64,000 nt of DNA, from NCBI RefSeq assembly GCF_009914755.1, contig NC_060934.1; one strand, given 5' to 3'. This stretch comes from the human T2T-CHM13v2.0 reference genome, Homo sapiens. The notes below the pieces were generated by a model, which was not told the DNA's origin, searched no databases, and saw nothing but the letters and a program-made list of their open reading frames with translations. The position numbers and the translations under genes are program-made. This document shows positions 54,257 to 64,000 of this stretch, piece by piece (position 1 is the first letter of the stretch; each line of letters begins with the position of its first letter).

Positions 54257-55062
54257 GTTTTTTTAAAAGTTAATTTAAGTTTTAAAATTTATTTTTTATT
54301 TTACTTAAACATTTTTATTTATTTTTTAAAATCTTTTATTTTAGGTTTCAGGGTACATGTGCAGGTTTGTTACATAGGTAAACTTGTGTCATGGGGATTT
54401 GTTGCACAGATTATTTAATCACTCAGGTACTGAGCCTAGTACCCAACAGTTATTTTTCTGATCCTCTCCCTCATCCTACTCTCCATACTCAAGTAGGCCC
54501 CAGTGTCTGTCGTTCCCCTCTTTCTGCCCATGGGCTCTCATCATTTAGCTCCCACTTATAAGTGAGAACATGTGGTATTTTGTTTTCTGTTCCTGTGCTA
54601 ATTTGCTAAGGATAATGGCCTCCAGCTCTAGCCTACACTATGGAATACTATGCAGCCATAAAAAAGAACAAGATCATGTTCCTGTAAAGGACATGTTCCT
54701 GTAAAGGACATGATCTCATTCTTTTTTATGGCTGCATAGTATTCCATAGTGTATATGTACCACATCTTCTTTATCCAATCTACCATTGATGGGCATTTAG
54801 GTTGATTCCATGTCTTTGCTATTGTGAATAGTGATGCAATGAACATGTGCATGCATGTGTCTTTATGGTAGAACGATTTATATTCCTTTGCGTATATACC
54901 CAGTAGTGGGATTTCTGGGTTGAATGGTAGTTCCGTTTTTAGGTCTTTGGGGGAATTACCTCACTGTTTTCCACAATGATTGAATTAATTTACACTCCCA
55001 TCAACAGTGTATAAGCATTCCTTTTTCTCTACAACCTTACCAGCATCTGTTATTTTTTGAGT
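54257..55062 (-). mobile_element. L1P (old L1PA/PB) 3' fragment with internal foldback insertion
   Basis: gggtacatgtgcaggtttgttacataggtaaac...; translation FIASLFTIAKTWNQPKCPSMVDWIKKMW = L1 ORF2 C-terminus. Confidence 0.92.
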
Positions 55063-55989
55063 CTATGATTTATCTTTGTGGGAAATAGAGTAATTTTAAG
55101 GCCCTCCAACCTCTCCATGGAATGAAGTAGAGATCTGCCAGCAAAGCCAGCATCAGGACCCAGTAGAATATCCAGTACATGGCAGGTGCTGCGTGATTTT
55201 TGTTAAAATCATAATCTCATTTTAAGAGGACTGTCCTACACAGGCCAAGCTTGATTCCATGGCTCTTCCAGTTAATTTCCTCATCTAAGTTAGTATTAGC
55301 CATGTCCACATCTGAGCTGTGCTATTAAAAGCCAGACCAGCAGCCTCATTGCTCCCATCGACGGGCATATGGTACTAGATAAAAAGCCATAAATGTCCAA
55401 ACTGTTGAGAAAAAATGTGAGATGAGTTGAGGGGGACACAGGTTGCCAGCCTGCCACTCTGGGCCCCGTGCTGGCCTGGGTGCAGCCCTGTGTCCTGTGT
55501 TGCTGACCTGTCTCCCAGTGTCAGGCTTGGGCCTCCCTAGGAAAATTTTCCACGGGGCTCTGGGCCTCCTCCTCCCTCCTGCCTTGCCTGAACTGGCCCC
55601 ACACTCAGGACTGGGGAGTGTCAAAGTGTCTGAGCCTGGGGGAAGGAACAAATGCAAAGCACGTGAGGATTCCTCCTCTGGGGAGAGTTTATCCCATAAG
55701 TAATGACATCACGGTTCCCCAGCCTTCCAGGATGGCATCCTCAAGGTCATCTTCATCCTCTCTTCCTCTACAGGCTCTGCCACTGCAGCTACAAACTGCA
55801 GCGAAGGCCCCCATTAGGAAAAATACTCCCCACGACTTTGCCAGCCCCTGTTCTGGACCTTCTTCCCCTCAGAGCCAAGCCCCACAAGAGTGTTCTACAC
55901 TCCTGGCCACCACACTCTCACTTTCTCTTTGCTTCTCAGCTGACAGGCATTTTCACTTCTGTGACTGCTGAAACTGCTCTGCATAAAAG

Positions 55990-56182
<193 letters not shown>

Positions 56183-57406
56183 GCACAAGTGGCATGGTCT
56201 TGCCATGCGATTTGGGTCCTTGCAATACTTGATCTTTGCAGCTTCATTCTTGACATCACCTCCCTGAAATCTCCTCTTCCCTTAGCTCCCATGGCATGAC
56301 TCCAGCTAGGTCCTCTGTCCCTCATATGCCAGGCTTTCCTGGTTCTGCTGTAGCTTTTGTGTCCTGCCCCCAACACCCTCCATAAGCAATTGCAACTGTG
56401 CCCCGTTCCCAGACTCACACCTTCTCCAGTCTCCGTCTACCTGCAGGCTGGACGCCTCCACGGCATGTTCCACACATACCTCAAGTGCAAGTCCAAAGCA
56501 AAATATGGTCCTTCTCAGATTCCAGCTGGATTTTCCATCACAGTTATTCCTATTGTGAACCACTGAATTGCCTAGTTAGGGGCATCTGATTCAGACTTGT
56601 TCCTTTAGCTTGGACTATGTCAAGAACCTCCCTCAATGACATCTCTGCCACCAGGCCTTTTGTCCAGCGATCCTTTCTCTGGACAACGTCTCACATCTGA
56701 CCTTGACTCTCCCACTCAGCGGTTCCTGCCCTCTGCAGGATGGGGTCCCCGTGCTTTCACATGGCCCCTGGCCATTCACAGCTTCCCCCTGGCTGGCCTT
56801 CCTCTCCTGCTTGTTCCAGCACCCCCTCACTCCCACCCCATGCTTGAATCCACAGACTCCTTATTTTTGGGTCCTCACATATGCCACACTGTGCCCAGCT
56901 CAATGCCTTCCGAATCTCATGCTTTCCAATTCCAAGTTTACCTTCTCTGAAAACTTTTCCTGGCTCCCTTGTTTCGTGTCTGCATCCCTGGATTTTGCAC
57001 TTTGCCTTGTTCCTGTTGGGCACTTAGGGAATCTTAGAGCTGGAAGGATGCAAGAGAGTCTCCATCTTTTCACCTGGCTGTAACCCCGGCAAACAAAGGG
57101 TGTAGGTTGTTATCTCCTGGGCAGCTGGCACAGTGCCTGGCCCAGAATAATGCCCCCTGAGAGGACAGTAAATTGGTTTCCACCATGAAGAACAGATATT
57201 GGAGCTTGAAGGTGAGCTAGCCTCCAACAGGGGACCAGGGAGGTGCTAGGCCAGCGAGCCCACCTTCCCCACGATGCAGCCAATCAAGACTCCAGAGGGC
57301 TCCAGCAACAGCATGAAAAAAATAGCTCTCCATACAAAGCATGGAAACTAGACTTTAGGGCCTAGGGGAATGGGGCTTGTCTGCCTCTATTTAAGAAAGC
57401 AGGACA

Positions 57407-57706
57407 GGCCGGGCATGGTGGCTCACACCTGTAATCCCAGCACTTTGGGAGGCCGAGGAGGGTGGATCATGAGGTCAGGAGTTCAAGACCTGCCTGGCCA
57501 ACATGGTGAAACACCGTCTCTACTACAAATACAAAAAATTAGCCAGGCGTGGTGGTGGGCGTCTGTAATCCCAGCTACTCGGGAAGCTGAGGCAGAGAAA
57601 TGCTTGAATTTGGAGGGAGGAGGTTGCAGTGAGCCGAGATCATGCCACTGCACTCCAGCTTAGGCGACAGAGTGAGATTCCATCTCAAAAAAAAAAAAGA
57701 AAAGAA
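57407..57706 (+). mobile_element. AluS
   Basis: Full dimer, perfect 14-bp TSD aagaaagcaggaca. Confidence 0.96.
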
Positions 57707-58231
57707 AAGAAAGCAGGACAGTATATTGCAAATTAAGCTCAATAAAAAGAGAGAAAGAGAGGGAGAGAGAGAGAAAGAGGGAGGGAGGAAGGGAGGGAGA
57801 GTGAGAAGGAAAGGGGCAGTCAGGCAGACCATGGTCCCCTGCCAATTCTCTGGGCACCGGTGGAAGCAAGTTCTGCATCTTGGGCACAGTACTTTATCAC
57901 CTGATTGTACTTCCTCCACCTTTCCCCAGGCAGAACTATTGACCCAGGGATCTATAACATTTGTATATATCAACACAGAAACCAATTAACAAATGCTTAT
58001 ATTCCTGTGCAAATATGCAAACTTCCTTCTGCAGACAGGGGTAAGCAGACACCTGGCAGTATTTTTAGAAATATTTAAGAAACACAGTTCAGGTAAGAAG
58101 CAGGCTGCTGTACCCTCCTCCGAGAGGACCAGTACCTAGAACCACCTGTTTTTCTTTGTCTTCCCTGCTCTGCTCTGAGCGTGGGGATGGTCCTTATCCT
58201 TAGCTTCATCTTTATTAAAGCTGGCATTTTC

Positions 58232-58515
58232 AGCTGGGTGTGGTGGCTCACGTCTGTAATCCCAGCATTTTGGGAGGCCAAGGTAGATGGATCACTTGAG
58301 GTCAGGAGTTTGAGATCAGCCTGGCCAACATGGTGAAACCCCGCCTCTGCTAAAAATACAAAAATTAGCCAGGCGTGGTGGCATGTGCCTCGAGTCCCAG
58401 CACTCGGGAGGCTGAGGCACCAGGATTGCTTGAACCCTCTGCAGTCAGCCAAGATTGCTTCACGGCACTCCAGCCTGGGGGACAGAGACTCTGTCTCAAA
58501 AAAAGAAAAAAAAAA
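58232..58515 (+). mobile_element. AluS/J with right-arm deletion
   Basis: Dimer, TSD agctggcattttc. Confidence 0.92.
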
Positions 58516-60879
58516 CAGCTGGCATTTTCTTCAGTTCTTATGCTGTGCCAGATACATGCATTTACTCACTTCACAATGAGAGGGAAGCCACTATGTTTGT
58601 CATCAGTGAAGCAGGGTCATTTGGGAAGCATTATCCAACACCACCTACTATGGGCCAGGCCCATGGCAACTGGAAGCAGCACTACTCAGAAGGAAAAGGC
58701 ATGTGGAGAAGCTCAGAGCTGACAGGGGAGTCTATATTTGATTGTAAGATTTCTGTACAAAATGCCTTTCTGTGTGCTGTATCATGTAGTGAAAGATAAG
58801 AAACAATAGAATGTCCAGCAATCAGAGAAGGCTTGACAAGACAGGCTACTTTTTAACAGCACTGAGAAAAGCTTGCTATCTATTAAATATTTTAAAATCA
58901 GTTGCTAAGCCGCAGAGTAAGCACCTCATTATTTGGAAATGCACTTATACATTCACAGAAGCAACACCCCTGGAGGGAAATACCCCAGTGATCATGGGAT
59001 TGTAGTAACATTTTTGTTTGTACTTTTTATATTCCTTAAATTTAAAATTCCTTATGAATAGGTGAAAAGCCTGTCCAGGAAGCTTTGTAGGGTCCCCTGA
59101 GTTCTTGGTGTTCTGTCAGTGGAGGCTGGTTTGAGTCATTCCTGTAAGAGAGCTACCCAAAACAAAATGAAGGGGAAGCAGGAGATGCAAGCTTCTAAGC
59201 CTCTGACACCTTTTGCAAAATTGCTTTCCTGCAATGCTGTGCTGCTTCACCTGCTCCCCCACCAGCTGGTGTGAGAGGCACAGGGTTTGGAGCAGACAGC
59301 TGTGTTCTGAAGGGATGGCATTCTGTCTGGTGACACTTAGTGGCAGTCCACTTTTCTCCCACAGATTGCTGGCTGATCTAGTTGCCAAGGCTCCTGAGTA
59401 GGTGTTATCTCCAAACATGCAGTCATGGTTAAGAGATGAGAAATACACGTGTTTGGACAAGAGACTGGAGCACAGTTCAATCAGCCTCAGCAACATTATC
59501 TCTAAAAGCAAATGAGTCCTGCTGTTGCTGGGGACCTACTCCTCTGCCTTGGCTGGAAGTGTTTGAGTCTGTCTGAACGGTCTGTTATCTCCAGGGCAAC
59601 ATAAAGTTTGCAGGAGGCCTGTTCACTCCAGGTGTTATCGCTGTCGCTGAGATGGTGCTAAGCCTACAGGCGGCAGGAGGCCAATTGCTAAGGCAGAGGG
59701 AGCCTTTAGTGGGGAGCCAGGCAGCCTGGGGACCCTGGGCCACAGCTTCCTTCCCTATGACATGCACTCTCATGCCCTTCCCACTCAAACATCCAGTCAT
59801 TCTGCACGTCCTGGTAGAGGGAGATGCCAGGCGAACCCTTGGGGTAACCCCAGCACCTGGAAAAACTCCTCAGTGGGTTTGCTCAGTGTCATTTAAGGAT
59901 CCCAACCTTGAAGGTTTTGGACTTGGGATCACACATTGTTTCATTCAGAGTGTTAGGATAGGGGTCTGTATAGTTCAGGCATCTCAAGTTAGAGATGAGA
60001 AACCAGACTCAGAAGTCTGACGGTCCTTGGAGGCCGGCCGAGAGAAAGACCTGAGGCTCCCCGTCTCCCTGCCTGGGCACCTCATACCACCTTGCTTTTC
60101 CCTGCCCCATGTCAAGAGCAAGCTGGAGCCGAATTTGGGGCTCCCAGTTGGGCTCCAAGCGTGATTTCCTCCACACTTGATGACCAGGAGGCCATTTGTA
60201 GGAGGCTGGGATGAGCAAAGTGGGTCAAAGTGCCCCCTGCCTCCAAATGCTCGCGTGGAGGTTGGGCAGTCAGACACCATGGGGGAGAAACCCCAGGACT
60301 TTAGCAGAACAAAAGAAGGGCACCCTCCCTTCCTGGGCCCTGCCAGACCCTTGGCAGAAGGCCAGGGCTACTCATGGGGCGGGGAGTGGGGGAAGGAGGG
60401 AGGAGCAGGGATGGTCTGTTCCAGCCCTCCTGTGTTCATCCTGAGCCGAGTCACTGAGGCCTGCAGCACAGCTATGACACAACTTTTGGGGTGTCCTGGT
60501 AGGAGGGCTTTGGGCTACAGGTGGGGCATTGGAAGCAGATTTCTCTCTATAGTAAGGCAGTAGATCCCCAGGCCTTGCCCTCTGTTCCTGAAAATGTGAG
60601 TTGTACCTTGAACCACAAAATGGCTGTGGGGTGCAGCTTGGTGTGTTGGAAGGAGGGCTTTGGATGTGGGCTGCAACTGCATCATCCTTGCTCAGTTCTC
60701 ATGTGGCAGGTGTGCTCCTGCCTGGTCCGGGGCAGTCTGGCAGGCTGCTCTGTAGCCCCAAGCCTGGATCTGCCAAAACTGGCAAGGAGTGGAGGCCTCC
60801 CCGTGGAGCAGTGCCTGAACCTGCAGCCCCTGGGGCAGACACTCCTGGCTCCTGGGCACTCACTCACCATGGCTCCCCA

Positions 60880-61205
60880 CTTTCTTAGTTGGCTCGGGCC
60901 GCTATTGCAGAATGCCATACACCACGTGGCACGTGGACAACATAAGTTTATTTCTTACAGTTCTGGAGGCTGGGAAGTCCAGGATCAAGTAGCTGAAACA
61001 GATTTGGTTTCTGGTGAGGGCCTCTTACTCTTTCATAGATGGCGCCTTCTTGCTGTGTCCTCCTATGGCAGAAGGGGTGAGGGATCTCTCCAGGGTCTTT
61101 TATAAGGGACCTAATCACCCCTGCACAACCCAGCCTCCTAATAGCATCACCTTGAGGTTTAGGATTTCAGCACATGCACTTTGGGTAAACACCGTCAATC
61201 TAGAG
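60880..61205 (-). mobile_element. MLT1A/MST-type MaLR LTR
   Basis: tttatttcttacagttctggaggctgggaagtccaggatcaag...ggttaggatttcagcacatg-type motifs. Confidence 0.8.
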
Positions 61206-61338
61206 CATCCTCCCCCCGCATCATGCTGGCTTCCGGACTCTGCTCCCAAGTGAATGTCCACACCCAAGGGGGGCCCTGAGTCTTCCTTAAGTCTCTTTGT
61301 CTAGGACAGACTGTGCTGAAAGGGCCCATCTAATCTCC

Positions 61339-61697
61339 TGATATGGTTTGGCTGTGTCTCCATCCAAATGTCATCTTGAATGATAGCTCCCATAATTCCC
61401 ACATGTCGTGGGAGGGGCCTGGTGGGAGGTAATTGTATCATGGGGGCAGGTCTTTCCCTTACTGTTCTCGTGATGCTGAATAAGTCTCATGAGATCTGAT
61501 GATTTTATAAAGAGAAGTTCCCCTGCACATGCTCTCTTTTGCCTGCCACCATGTAGGATGTGACTTTGCTCCTCATTCACCTTCCACCATGATTGAGAGG
61601 CCTCTCCAGCCATGTGGAACTGTGAGTCGATTAAACCTTTTTCTTTTACCCAGTCTTGGATATGTCTTTATTAGCAGTGTGAGAATGAGCTAATACA
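61339..61697 (+). mobile_element. THE1 solo LTR
   Basis: TGATATGGTTTGGCTGTGTC...TAATACA with perfect 5-bp TSD tctcc. Confidence 0.95.
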
Positions 61698-63552
61698 TCT
61701 CCCGACAGCCTGGGCCCCACCCACCCCCACCCCTCAACCCTCCTCAGTCTGTCCTTGTACAGGTTCCTTCTCCTGCAGCCCCATCTCGCTTCATGTGACT
61801 TCTTTCTTCCTTAAACTCTCTGCACTCTCTCCTGCTCCCAGGATTTTGTATCTGCAGTTTCCTCTGCCTGGAATGTACTCCACCTGGCCTACAACTCCCA
61901 GCTAGCCTGGAGTGGAGAGCTTCTATGTCACTCCCTCTGGGATGCTCTTGCTGACCCCCAAGACTGGCTCAGGCCCTGAGTTCGACCCTCTTGTGGTTCA
62001 GAGAATTCCTGGGCATAGCCATGCCCTCACTTGTGCTTCCACTGCCACATGGGGTTGCTGGACTGTTGTCCACTTCCTCAGGGGCATCTGCTTCCTCAGA
62101 ACAGGGCCTGGGCATTTTGTCACCTAGGATTCCAGTGCCAGCACAGAGAGTGGGCTCAGCTGCAGACACTCAGCAATGTTGACTGAATCAGGAGGCAGCA
62201 GGTGACTCGATGTTATGGGCTCACGGGAAAACCCCTCTCCTCTTCAGAGGGCCTTACCCTGAGGCGGCCTCACCCCAGTTGTCTTCACTGGGTAAGGGTC
62301 TCTTTGCCCACCCGCTGCTGCCTCACTAACCTTCCTGGCCTCAGACAAATCTAAACTCAAGTCAAAACCAGGGTGAAGATGGGCCTACGTCAGCTCCAGA
62401 GAGGGACAGCCTGAGTTCCCCTCCCTCTGGTCCCATTTCCTTGGGAGGATCAGCCTCTTCCTGGATGATGACACCAGGGCTCTTCACCCCCTAGGGAGGG
62501 GTCCAGCCCATGTCTGTGGCTCTGGTCTGGGCCCTGAGGGGACACACAGTAAGTGGCAAACACAGACGGACCAGGCCGAGAGCAAGACAACATCCTCAAT
62601 GGTTAAGATGTATAGGCCAGAGGGAAATTGATCAGGAAATGAACTTAGAAGTATCCAGGGACTGATGGGGAAGGAGCTGTATTTGGAGGACCTGTGATGC
62701 AAGTTACAGAATCAAAGATGTGGCCCCTGGTTTTGCTGTGTCCTCCTGGAATGGGTAGCAGGACAGGAGCCACCATGCAGAGGGTGGTCACACACTCGGG
62801 CTTGCTTTAACCTGGGTCTTTCCTTACCAATGCATTTCTGGCTACACTGGGGAAAACGAGGTGGCTAACACATTTTTTTTAGGTGTTAGAAGACCTGTGT
62901 GCACTTTCTCTCTTTCTCCCTGCACTCCAGCCACACTGGCCTTTGAGTTTGTAGAATGCCTACACTCTGCTCTGCCTCAGGGCCTTTGCACGTACTGTGC
63001 TCACTTTATGGAAAGCTTTACTCTCAATCTCATCCAATCTCTTTAATTATTTGAATGCTATCCATCCTTCAACATTCAGTTCAAATATCATAGCCAGTAA
63101 AATCTGCTGTAATAAACTCTCTTAGTTTCCTCCAATTTTTCTTCCTAATATTTATCTCAGTTTGTAGTCATGTATTCTTGCGATGGTTGGGCTAATATCT
63201 GCCTCCTCACTAGTGTTTAACCTCTAGTAAACACTAGAGGTTTAATCTCTGAGGTCACATCTCTGAGGGCAGAGATATGAGTGACCGGTCCAGTCTTATT
63301 CCCAACATCAAGGCCAGAGCCTGTCAGGCAGCAAATGCTTAGTAAGCATTTGTTGAGTTGACTTTGAATTGTCAGAGCCAGAGGGTCGGTTTAGCATTGA
63401 CACATGGGGGACATCATGGGAGAAGCCACGTTTTGTTAGGACCTGGCCCTGGGGAGATTTCTTAAGCCAAAGGCTTTGGGTCTGCCACCCTTCCATCCAA
63501 GGAGAAGTCTGAAGACAGGGTCAGCATTTTGTTTGTCCTCCACAGTTGCTAA

Positions 63553-63849
<297 letters not shown>

Positions 63850-64000
63850 CACAGTTGCTAACTTTTAACACACAGGACATTTCATGTAAAAATTGTGACT
63901 TGCAGCTTCTTTTGAAGAATCTGAAGTCAAGCAGCCCTGGCCTGCATTTGTGCATGGCTACCTTTGTGGGATCTTGGTCACAGCTGACCCTTTGGGTGGG

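Overview
This is primate, almost certainly human, genomic DNA, so the supplied ORF track (with TTG/GTG starts) is mostly noise. The only protein-coding region I can support is the intronless 375-aa neuropeptide Y receptor Y4 / pancreatic polypeptide receptor (NPY4R or its near-identical duplicate NPY4R2; + strand, 38860-39987). It has a CpG-island promoter and non-coding first exon about 3 kb upstream. The rest is dense interspersed repeat: about 20 Alus, L1/L2/MIR fragments, several solo LTRs and an 11-kb composite ERV1 provirus. Two candidate minus-strand non-coding exons lie at about 51.0-51.4 kb. The most interesting unexplained structure is a ~418-bp, ~97% identical inverted duplication of non-Alu sequence (51403-51820 / 52220-52638). 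Its 100%-identical portion covers the 3' splice site of one candidate exon, and its right copy splits an old L1. Several smaller template-switch scars lie nearby, and two perfect palindromes sit side by side just after the NPY4R stop codon. Repeat family names come from remembered consensus sequences and need RepeatMasker confirmation; many repeat boundaries are approximate. I cannot claim a wholly new biological system; the hairpin-over-splice-site model is the best candidate and is untested.
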